From a virus, in IMG/VR virus record IMGVR_UViG_3300044856_000108, positions 1-43,331 of that record: a stretch of 43,331 nucleotides of DNA. One strand, given 5' to 3'. This document shows positions 8,647-15,626 of the stretch, piece after piece. Numbering within the stretch: the first letter of the stretch is position 1; each line of letters starts with the position of its first letter. The notes beneath the pieces are model-generated. The model did no database searches and was not told where the DNA came from. It worked only from the letters and a program-made list of their open reading frames with translations. A program made the position numbers and the translations under genes.

Positions 8647-8700
8647 GTCTTTTTTGATTTTGATTGATTTTTGAAATGTTGTTAAATGCTTAATCTCTCT

Positions 8701-8770
8701 TGCGGAGTGTGGGGGAGTCGAACCCCCTCGCGGCTATCCAGCGCGCGTTGCCCTCCGTGGCACTCCTGCG
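8701..8770 (-). other. tRNA-like remnant: T-arm, 3' acceptor and an anticodon-loop-like CTGGATA. It cannot be folded into a full cloverleaf.
   Basis: The minus strand reads ...CTGGATAgccgcgaGGGGGTTCGACTCCCCCACACTCCGCA. The T-arm is encoded at 8711-8727. There is no D-arm and too few nucleotides between the loop and the T-arm. Confidence 0.4.
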
Positions 8771-8784
8771 GTCCTTGCCACTTC

Positions 8785-8982
8785 TTAGTCGATGTAGTAG
8801 CCGCGCAGCACCTTGTCGTATCGCACACGCCCGGCTATCTGCAGGTCGGCTATCGCCTGGCAGACCCTCCAGTAGTGCGTTTCGAGGTTCGCCGCCTCCA
8901 TTATCTCCGACGTGGTGTGCTTGCCGCCCCTTATGGCTCGCTCGATGCGGCGTTTCGCTGCCGCCAGTGTTATCGTCTCCAT
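8785..8982 (-). CDS. hypothetical small protein, possibly winged-helix
   Basis: I prefer the internal ATG at 8980-8982, which gives METITLAAAKRRIERAIRGGKHTTSEIMEAANLETHYWRVCQAIADLQIAGRVRYD.... The upstream extension of the listed ORF looks like out-of-context Arg-rich sequence. Confidence 0.5.
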   Translation of the reverse strand: METITLAAAKRRIERAIRGGKHTTSEIMEAANLETHYWRVCQAIADLQIAGRVRYDKVLRGYYID

Positions 8983-8989
8983 AAGCGGC

Positions 8990-9244
8990 TCACTCGTCAA
9001 ACAAACTGCTCTCGTATCTGTCCTCGTCCTCATCGCCCCTGCGGCTCTTGGGCTTCTCCGGCAGCTTGCGCATCGCCTGCGCACCCATTCCGCACATGGC
9101 GCACGCCTCCGTGCAAAGGGCGTTGTCGCCAACCAGCATCATCATCGCGCCGAAAGCGGCGTTGAAATCCCTCGAGTAGCTCGTCTTGCGCAGCGCAACT
9201 ATCGTCTGCGCCAATCTTAAACTTGTTATCTCCTTTCTTCTCAT
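8990..9244 (-). CDS. first gene of the leftward early operon (Cro position), function unknown
   Basis: 84-aa ORF with an acidic tail, lying directly downstream of the divergent AT-rich control region. Confidence 0.55.
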   Translation of the reverse strand: MRRKEITSLRLAQTIVALRKTSYSRDFNAAFGAMMMLVGDNALCTEACAMCGMGAQAMRKLPEKPKSRRGDEDEDRYESSLFDE

Positions 9245-9418
9245 TTTTCCACTTTGCTTTTATGATTTGTTTTATTTCGAATTTGTCCTTATATTTACTC
9301 CGTTGTTTATAACTATGACGCAAAATTATAACGAAAATCGTATATAAACAACTATTTTCGTAATTTTTTACACAAAATTTTTATAGTTGTATTATAACGA
9401 CATAACTTTCAAAGGATT
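9245..9418. promoter_or_regulatory. divergent control region between the early operon and the repressor-like gene
   Basis: AT-rich 174-bp gap. There are three direct TTATAAC(T/G)A copies at 9307, 9326 and 9392. On the minus strand TAATTTTG, which matches the Bacteroides -7 consensus TAnnTTTG, lies at 9321-9328 and overlaps the second copy. Confidence 0.5.
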
Positions 9419-9862
9419 ATGCTAAACGAAAATTTTTACATATCTCTTAAAAAATTTTTCAAAGACCAAAATATTACGCAGCAACAGGTTGCATACAAAC
9501 TGGGAACGTCGCAGGCTTATGTTAATTCGATATTAACAGGACGCAACCCGATAGGTCGTCAGACGGCTGCAAAGCTGTCGGCTGCCTACGGTCTCAGTGC
9601 GGCATGGTTGTTGACAGGCGAGGGTGAGATGCTGGCCACAAGCCACGGCAGCGTGAACCACATAAGCATAGATGCTGGCAGTCGGATAAATGCCACCGGG
9701 GGCAGTTCGGTGAGCAACGTGGGCAACGTTGCGCAGGGCACGGCGGCAGACACAACCACGGTTGACAAGCTGATAGGCGTGATGACACGCCAGCAGGAGC
9801 AGATGTCGCACCAGCAGGAGCAGATAGACCAGTTAATCCAAATTCTAAAAGATAAGCTATGA
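9419..9862 (+). CDS. XRE-type HTH regulator, a candidate prophage repressor
   Basis: ITQQQVAYKLGTSQAYVNSILTGRNPIGRQTAAKLSAAYGLSAAWLLTGEGEM. It is the first plus-strand gene of the lysogeny module. Confidence 0.75.
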   Translation: MLNENFYISLKKFFKDQNITQQQVAYKLGTSQAYVNSILTGRNPIGRQTAAKLSAAYGLSAAWLLTGEGEMLATSHGSVNHISIDAGSRINATGGSSVSNVGNVAQGTAADTTTVDKLIGVMTRQQEQMSHQQEQIDQLIQILKDKL

Positions 9863-10200
9863 AAGAAAACACAAACCGGGGCGATTGCGAGGGCTATGAA
9901 AGGCTGCTCGACCGCTTCGCCCAGATGCTGCTCCTCAGCGAGCAGCGCATCGACAAGACCAATGCCATGATTGAGAAACTCGTGGACGTGACAGAAAGCA
10001 TAAGCGAGAAGTACATGACCCACATCGACAGCCTTGCGGAGTGCCGCACACGGCTGCTTGACGAGGTGAGCTCGTTAACGCGCCAGCTCATCGCCGAGCG
10101 GCAGCGCAACACGGAGCTGGTTGACCACCTCATCTCGCTCACCATGACAGGGCTGGCGAGCGGCAATGCCGCCAACCACATCAGCGTGAACCACACATGA
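9859..10200 (+). CDS. hypothetical coiled-coil protein
   Basis: 113-aa ORF with overlapping junctions to both neighbours (ATGA-type at 9859-9862 and at 10197-10200). Confidence 0.55.
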   Translation: MKENTNRGDCEGYERLLDRFAQMLLLSEQRIDKTNAMIEKLVDVTESISEKYMTHIDSLAECRTRLLDEVSSLTRQLIAERQRNTELVDHLISLTMTGLASGNAANHISVNHT

Positions 10201-10697
10201 GGGCGGAGGGATTGATTAAGGACAAGGATAAAGCAATGACAACAACGACAACAACAGAAATTAATGAAAGACTGGCGCAGCTCGTGGACCACATGACCGG
10301 GGGGCGGCAAGGCCGCTTCGCAGCTATGGTAGGCTGGTCTCCACAATACCTCGGCAATCTGCTCAAAGGGGCGAGCGGCATCGGCATAAACCCGGTGGTG
10401 ACTCTGCTGGAGCGGTTTCCCGACCTCAACGCCCGGTGGCTTCTGCTGGGCGAGGGGGCTATGTTCACCACGCCCCCCGGCTACAAGCTCCGCCAGCGGC
10501 TCATCAAGCTGCTGGAGGTGGAACGTTACACCCCGGTGATGTCGCCCTCGGAGCTGCGCAAGGCGGAGGAGGGGCGTGTGGATTTCCCGGCCGAGACGGT
10601 GAGCCGGTGGCGCGCCGAAATGGCTCGTCTGACAGCACCGAGATGTATCAAGCCGCAGCCAAAAAGTGTAAAAAACGTGCATACCCCACAAGGGTAG
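10197..10697 (+). CDS. second HTH regulator, paralogous motif
   Basis: FAAMVGWSPQYLGNLLKGASGIGINPVVTLLERFPDLNARWLLLGEGAMF shares the WLLxGEG tail with the 9419 protein. Confidence 0.65.
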   Translation: MRAEGLIKDKDKAMTTTTTTEINERLAQLVDHMTGGRQGRFAAMVGWSPQYLGNLLKGASGIGINPVVTLLERFPDLNARWLLLGEGAMFTTPPGYKLRQRLIKLLEVERYTPVMSPSELRKAEEGRVDFPAETVSRWRAEMARLTAPRCIKPQPKSVKNVHTPQG

Positions 10698-10740
10698 TTT
10701 TATAAATAAATGATTGACAAATGATTGCAGTGAAAGTTGA

Positions 10741-10801
10741 CACGTCTGGAAAGTGTGTTTGCGCCAAAAGCGCAACGGGGGTTCGAATCCCTCTCACTCC
10801 G
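10741..10801 (+). other. putative attP core: the 3' two-thirds of a tRNA-Ser(GGA)-like sequence
   Basis: The anticodon arm is cacgt-CTGGAAA-gtgtg. A long variable-arm hairpin is ttgcgc-caaaa-gcgcaa. The T-arm is GGGGGTTCGAATCCCTC, and the 3' acceptor is TCACTCC followed by G. There is no D-arm and no proper 5' acceptor upstream. It lies 155 bp upstream of the integrase ATG. Confidence 0.55.
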
Positions 10802-10955
10802 CTGAAAATTAGGCGTTTGCTTGTTGATAAAGAACGCCACATAATTGACCTGTCGCGGAAAATACCCCATATTTTATTGCATTTTGGTTGCATTTGGTTA
10901 CATTTAGCTATATTTAGTTTCACAATAACGTGCAAAAAACGTGCACACTGAAAAC

Positions 10956-12140
10956 ATGAAAATCTCATACTATCTTGACAAAAGAAATGGCGGCAGAGTG
11001 TCGCCGCTCAAAATCGCAATTCGGAAGCATGGAGCAACTGCTTTCTTGCCAACTGGCATCAGCCTTGAAGCCGGACAGTGGGACGCTGTGGCGCAACGTG
11101 TCGTGAAGCACCCATTGCGTAATGCGTACAACTCATTCCTGCTTCACCGATACCTCGACGTGTCGGAAGCAGTGCTTGCGGTGCAGCATAAGCCGCTGCA
11201 AGAAATAAAAGCATACTTGGCCGCAAAGTTCTGCGAGGCGGCTCACGGCAAGCCGAGCAGCAAGCAGTCGTTCGTGGCTTTCTTTCGTTCGTTCATAGCC
11301 ACACGCAACAGGGTGCGAACTCGGTCAATCTATAACAACACGTTATCGCTGCTGCACCAATGGTGTCCGACGCTTGGCAGCATCTCGTTCGACGACGTGA
11401 CAAAGCAGTGGATTGAGGCGTTTGACCGCTGGTGCGACGTGGAGCGAGGAAATGCCATCAACACGAGGGCTATTCACTTGCGCAATATCCGTGCGGTGTT
11501 CAATGCGGCAATCGACGAGGGCGTGACGACGAGCTATCCGTTCCGCCGTCTGAAAATTAAAAATGCGGCGACTGCCAAGAGAGCCTTGTCAGTGTCTGAC
11601 TTATGCCGATTGTTTGCCGCTGCACCCACTTTCCAGCGTGGGTGGTGGGCAAAAGATGTCTTTCAGTTAATGGTGTATCTGCGTGGTATAAGTTTTATCG
11701 ACTTGTCGAACCTCACGCCCTCCGACGTGTCGGCTGGGCGCATCAGCTATCGTCGTGCGAAGACAGGAAGATTGTATGATGTGAAAATCGAGCCGGAGGC
11801 AGCGGCCATAATTGACCGCTTACACTCCACGTCGGGGAAATACCTGCTCAATATCCTTGACCGCTATTCAACCTACCGAGTTGCCAATTATGCGTGCAAC
11901 GTTGAGCTGCACCGGCTGCTGCCCGACGTGACGAGCGTGACGACCTATTGGGCGCGACACACTTGGGCTACGATTGCCGCTGAGCTTGACATTCCGAAAG
12001 AAACAATAGCGGCCGGGCTGGGGCATGGTCAGAAGAGCGTGACGGACATTTACATCGACTTTGACAGCCAAAAGGTTGATGACGCAAATCGCAAAATCAT
12101 TGACTATGTGAACGAGATGATGAGGAATTTGGAGAAATAA
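10956..12140 (+). CDS. int: tyrosine recombinase (phage integrase with an N-terminal arm-binding type domain)
   Basis: MKISYYLDKRNGG... at the N-terminus. Catalytic-region patterns are YLRGISFIDL, WARHTWATI and LGHGQKSVTDIYID. Confidence 0.9.
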   Translation: MKISYYLDKRNGGRVSPLKIAIRKHGATAFLPTGISLEAGQWDAVAQRVVKHPLRNAYNSFLLHRYLDVSEAVLAVQHKPLQEIKAYLAAKFCEAAHGKPSSKQSFVAFFRSFIATRNRVRTRSIYNNTLSLLHQWCPTLGSISFDDVTKQWIEAFDRWCDVERGNAINTRAIHLRNIRAVFNAAIDEGVTTSYPFRRLKIKNAATAKRALSVSDLCRLFAAAPTFQRGWWAKDVFQLMVYLRGISFIDLSNLTPSDVSAGRISYRRAKTGRLYDVKIEPEAAAIIDRLHSTSGKYLLNILDRYSTYRVANYACNVELHRLLPDVTSVTTYWARHTWATIAAELDIPKETIAAGLGHGQKSVTDIYIDFDSQKVDDANRKIIDYVNEMMRNLEK

Positions 12141-12143
12141 GAA

Positions 12144-12160
12144 AGGGCATTATATGCCCT
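12144..12160. terminator. hairpin between convergent genes
   Basis: AGGGCAT-tat-ATGCCCT starts 4 nt after the integrase stop. There is no clear T-run. Confidence 0.4.
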
Positions 12161-12238
12161 CCTCATTATCCACGCCCCACAGCACCCTCACGTCCTCGCC
12201 GTCATTGCCTTTGCCGGCTTCACGACAGCCGCCGCACT

Positions 12239-12638
12239 TCATGTGGTAGGGGTGGTGGTCGTCTTGCTGCCCAGAGCCGCAATGAGAGCGGCGTTCTGCC
12301 GTTGCTGGCTAAGCTCCAGCTCCGCACGGTTCAAGCGCAGTTGCAAGTCGTTGCTCCAGTGGCTGTTCAGCGTGTCGATTATGCGCTGCGTGTTGTTCTC
12401 CGCACCTCTCATGATGTCGCACTTGACGGTTGCCGCCGAAGCCGCCATTGCCGAACAAGGCAAGGAAAATAAGATACATCCACGGATTGTTGTTCCAGTT
12501 GCCGCCGCCTCCGTTCATTGCGGCCATCATGGCCATAGGGTCACACTTGTCTCTGCCGCCCATCAGCGCGGCTGTCAAGGCCGCACTGTCACCTCCGTCG
12601 TGGCAATACACCTTTTCTTTAATCACTTCATCTGCCAT
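12239..12638 (-). CDS. Gly-rich membrane-segment protein whose two halves lie in frames offset by one nucleotide
   Basis: Frame A (12309..12638) is protein-like up to ...NNNPWMYLIFLALFGNGGFGG and then turns into Arg/His-rich sequence. Frame B (12239..12463) is protein-like from ...AATVKCDIMRGAENNTQRIIDTLNSHWSNDLQLRLNRAELELSQQRQN. The switch point is at about 12425-12445. Confidence 0.45.
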
Positions 12639-13006
12639 AGCATTATGATTTAAATGTAATTCCCTGCACCATTGCAGGGTACGGCAAATTTACCCACACC
12701 TCTCACCGCGCCCTACGTTAGGACACGACAAAGCCACACGCACCTATCTTTCAGCGTGTTATAAAACTATTGTGTCCCATTCGCGGGACACCGCAAAACA
12801 CAAAATTTGTTAAAACATGCGGCAAATGCGCGCACAAGTGAATTAATTGTATAACTTTACGCCAGTTTTTCATGGGCACAATCGTTTTTGTGCGTTGTGA
12901 ATTGCTCTCAAATTTGTACAACAACGGCCGCTTATCCTCCCGGACAGGTGGCCGTTTCTTTTTGAAAAACATAAAAAACTCAAACAAATGAGAAATGATA
13001 ATATCG

Positions 13007-13621
13007 TTATTTCCTCGCCCGGAACTCCTTGATGCGCCGCAAGTCTTCCTCCGTCAGCCACACCATCGCAGACCCCTTGCGGTGAAATCCCACGCTTGCC
13101 GCCACAGTCACGAGAGCCGCCGCACCGAGCCACATCAGTGCCGTTTGCCACCATTTCAGCCTGTTAACCTCCACCGGCCTCTCCACCGTCACCGTCCTCG
13201 ACTCATGTCTTGCCCTCTGCAAGCTGTCACATCTGGAGCGGTAAATTCCGAGCGAGTCCTTGTACCTTGCCACACTCGTCCGCAAGCTGGCAAGTTCCCT
13301 TGTGTCGCCCACATAGCGGCTAACATACCGCGTGCGGTCGGTGTTCACGCTGCCGTCTGCATTGATTGTCACCCTTGTGGTGTCACGCACCGTCACGCTG
13401 TCAGTCAGCAATCTGCGTTCAATGGTCTTGGCCGTGTCTTGCACACTCGCCTCTCGCCAGCTCGCTACCCTCGTTGTGTCCGTGCGGCTCGCCCTCACCG
13501 TGTCCGTCCGGTAGTCCGTCCGGCTCTCAATGGTGGTTCTGCGGCTCGTGCAAGAGGCGAGCAAGGCGCATAGGCAGATTATTACGAGAGCTTTTTGCAT
13601 AACAAATGTTAAATTTTTCAT
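13007..13621 (-). CDS. lipoprotein with a C-terminal transmembrane anchor, either a unimolecular-spanin-like or a superinfection-exclusion candidate
   Basis: Signal peptide with lipobox LLASC at the N-terminus. The body contains repeated RTD/DTTR motifs. The C-terminal hydrophobic segment is ALMWLGAAALVTVAASVGF, followed by a charged tail. Confidence 0.7.
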   Translation of the reverse strand: MKNLTFVMQKALVIICLCALLASCTSRRTTIESRTDYRTDTVRASRTDTTRVASWREASVQDTAKTIERRLLTDSVTVRDTTRVTINADGSVNTDRTRYVSRYVGDTRELASLRTSVARYKDSLGIYRSRCDSLQRARHESRTVTVERPVEVNRLKWWQTALMWLGAAALVTVAASVGFHRKGSAMVWLTEEDLRRIKEFRARK

Positions 13622-13666
13622 TTTTATAGCGTTTTTGTTTTTTATTACTTTTTAAAGAACTTAATT

Positions 13667-14077
13667 ATGAATCAGGCAACAATCACAACAGACGCATTCG
13701 TTGAAAAAGGCAACGATGGAATGTACTCTTGTTTCACCACAAGCAAAATCGAAAATTGTGCCCTTGCCGGCTATGGTGATACCCCGAATGAGGCGATAAA
13801 TGATATGCTGGCTTCATACGAGGAAATAAAAGAGATGAATGCCGAGGACGGATTGGAAACCCCGAATCTTGAGTTTGTTTACAAATTCGACATTCCCTCA
13901 TTCTTTGCGTACTTTGACTGCATCAATATTTCAAAATTCAGCCGATTGGCAGGAATTAATGCTTCTTTGATGCGTCAGTACGCATCTGGCAAGGCTAATG
14001 CCGGTGATGCGCAAGTTGCCAAGATAAAGGATGGAATTAACAAGTTCAAAAATCAACTTGACAAAATTACCCTGTAA
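13667..14077 (+). CDS. HicB-like antitoxin-fold protein with a C-terminal HTH, and no HicA partner
   Basis: TTDAFVEKGNDGMYSCFT...AGYGDTPNEAINDMLASYEEIKEMNAEDGLETP is a HicB-like pattern. The C-terminal FSRLAGINASLMRQYASGKAN is HTH-like. It is a lone plus-strand gene inside the minus-strand block. Confidence 0.5.
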   Translation: MNQATITTDAFVEKGNDGMYSCFTTSKIENCALAGYGDTPNEAINDMLASYEEIKEMNAEDGLETPNLEFVYKFDIPSFFAYFDCINISKFSRLAGINASLMRQYASGKANAGDAQVAKIKDGINKFKNQLDKITL

Positions 14078-14111
14078 GTCGTCTATCCGATAATAACTCT
14101 TGCCTAAAGTG

Positions 14112-14145
14112 GCTGCTCCCAAATGCCGGAAGCAGTCGCTTTTTT
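14112..14145 (+). terminator. rho-independent terminator candidate for the HicB-like gene
   Basis: GCTGCTCC-caaatgcc-GGAAGCAGT hairpin followed by CGCTTTTTT. Confidence 0.5.
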
Positions 14146-15055
14146 ATGATGTTATCTCCCCAAGCCAATGCCAGTCCAAACTCACGACATTCATGGCTGC
14201 CATGCAGTCAACACGGAAGACTTGCATTTTTGAGCCTGTGTCAAAAGTAAGGGTGTTGCCGCTTAGATACTTTTTAGTTGTCTCGTCAGCTGTAATAAGC
14301 AATTTGTGGTTCCCTTGCATGTCATTTAGGGACATCTTTAACCTTATATGCGTGTTAAAGATGTTTTTGCGGTGGGCTATTATGAATGCCGTCCACTTCG
14401 TCGCTTGCGTCATCACATCTGCATCTTCGGGGATCTCAACAATCCAATTACGAATAAGCGTGTTGTCAGGGTCGCTAACAATCATTTTGCAAGGCAGAAT
14501 AGCATTGTTGAATCCCGGAGTATAGGGATAGCTGTATAGCGTATATGCGTTCACGGTGGGCTTGAGAGCATCAATGGCTTCGGCCAATGTCTTGTTTTCC
14601 ACTTCCAAAGCCGTTATTCGATTGGTGTTACTGCCAACTTCACTGTTGATTTTTCCCACGGCGTTAGCCACCGCGCTGTCAAGGCTCGACTGCAACGTCA
14701 CGCCCAGTGGGGCGGTGTCGTCGCTCGCCCTGCTCCAGAGCACCACTGGAAGCACTTGCGGCGTGTGCACGTTCTTGTAGCCGTCACCGTAGTCAGCGTC
14801 CGGCACTGCCTCCGAGAACTCCACAATCAGCGTTCCGCAACCGAAGCCGTGGTTGTCAAAGAACACTTCCACATGCGTGTCGTCCTGCTTCTTCACACCT
14901 TGCGGCAGCACACCCCCGGTCTGCTCAAACGCCACCTCCTTCACACCCACGCGGAACGCCAGTTTCCAGTCCCACGCCGGCACGCCGTCTGGCATTTCCA
15001 GCACCACCGAGAAATCACTCTTGTAATTTATATGCCTTATGTCGTTGTTTGCCAT
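14144..15055 (-). CDS. tail fiber or receptor-binding-like protein with a low-GC C-terminal domain
   Basis: 303 aa. The central coiled-coil is LDSAVANAVGKINSEVGSNTNRITALEVENKTLAEAIDALK. The portion encoded at about 14144-14540 is visibly more AT-rich than the rest. Confidence 0.5.
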   Translation of the reverse strand: MANNDIRHINYKSDFSVVLEMPDGVPAWDWKLAFRVGVKEVAFEQTGGVLPQGVKKQDDTHVEVFFDNHGFGCGTLIVEFSEAVPDADYGDGYKNVHTPQVLPVVLWSRASDDTAPLGVTLQSSLDSAVANAVGKINSEVGSNTNRITALEVENKTLAEAIDALKPTVNAYTLYSYPYTPGFNNAILPCKMIVSDPDNTLIRNWIVEIPEDADVMTQATKWTAFIIAHRKNIFNTHIRLKMSLNDMQGNHKLLITADETTKKYLSGNTLTFDTGSKMQVFRVDCMAAMNVVSLDWHWLGEITS

Positions 15056-15077
15056 TTTTCTTTCAATTTATTGTTCG

Positions 15078-15200
15078 TCACAAAAGCAGCAGTGCGAATA
15101 TCGTCACCGTCGCCGTTACAGCCACCGCCGCCACCACGGCAAGAGCACAGCCAAGAGCCTTGCCGTTACCGTAGTCATCAATCATTCTGCCGTCACTCAT
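15078..15200 (-). CDS. 40-aa single-pass membrane peptide downstream of the endolysin
   Basis: My manual translation gives MSDGRMIDDYGNGKALGCALAVVAAVAVTATVTIFALLLL. The ATG lies at 15198-15200 and the stop at 15078-15080. It is below the ORF-track cutoff. Confidence 0.4.
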   Translation of the reverse strand: MSDGRMIDDYGNGKALGCALAVVAAVAVTATVTIFALLLL

Positions 15201-15215
15201 AACACTTCAATTAAA

Positions 15216-15626
15216 TTATCGTTGTCTAATCACCTGCCGCCTGTTGCGCGACGAGTAGCTCACGTGCACCCATGCCATGCCATATTCGTCAATCAGCTGG
15301 TCAAAGGGCAGCTTCATAGCCTGTATCAGCTCAAAGAGCCTTGCGTTCTCCTCACGGCTGCCCACATTCAGGTCGGCCGCCTGCCCAACCACGTGCTGGC
15401 TGCTTGCCACACCGCCCACGGCCTTGTTAAGTTTCGGGCAGCGGTAGCCGCTGCTTATGCGGATTGGCTTGCCGTAGCGCAGCCGCAGTGGCTCAAGCAC
15501 ATTACGGCAAAGTTCCTTCAAATTCATCAGCACTGCGTCCGAGGGCACGGAGTTGTCAATTCCCTGCGCCCTCGCCGTGTCGCTGTAAGTGAATTCATTC
15601 AGTGTAAAGTGGTCACTAAGTTTCAT
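15216..15626 (-). CDS. peptidase M15-family endolysin (cell-wall D-Ala-D-Ala / L-Ala-D-Glu peptidase type)
   Basis: FTLNEFTYSDTA...SSGYRCPKLNKAVGGVASSQHVVGQAADL...WVHVS carries the H/D/H zinc-ligand pattern. Confidence 0.85.
   Translation of the reverse strand: MKLSDHFTLNEFTYSDTARAQGIDNSVPSDAVLMNLKELCRNVLEPLRLRYGKPIRISSGYRCPKLNKAVGGVASSQHVVGQAADLNVGSREENARLFELIQAMKLPFDQLIDEYGMAWVHVSYSSRNRRQVIRQR

Noticed and set aside
8701-8770. Functional phage tRNA gene at this position
   Set aside because: Only a T-arm and a 3' acceptor can be formed. The acceptor 5' strand is mismatched, the D-arm is missing and the anticodon stem has only 3 pairs. It is kept as a tRNA-like remnant.
9894-10775. 293-aa minus-strand ORF opposite the lysogeny genes
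   Set aside because: It is a long antisense ORF of the kind common in GC-rich coding DNA. Its composition is rich in Arg, Leu, His and Ser. The plus strand carries recognisable HTH proteins with coupled start and stop codons.
12751-12987. 78-aa minus-strand ORF in the non-coding stretch
   Set aside because: Its composition is not protein-like, it spans the hairpin elements, and it has no coupling to neighbouring genes.
13622-14143. Complete HicAB toxin-antitoxin pair
   Set aside because: Only the HicB-like gene is present. The flanks of 45 nt upstream and 66 nt downstream are too short for a HicA ORF.
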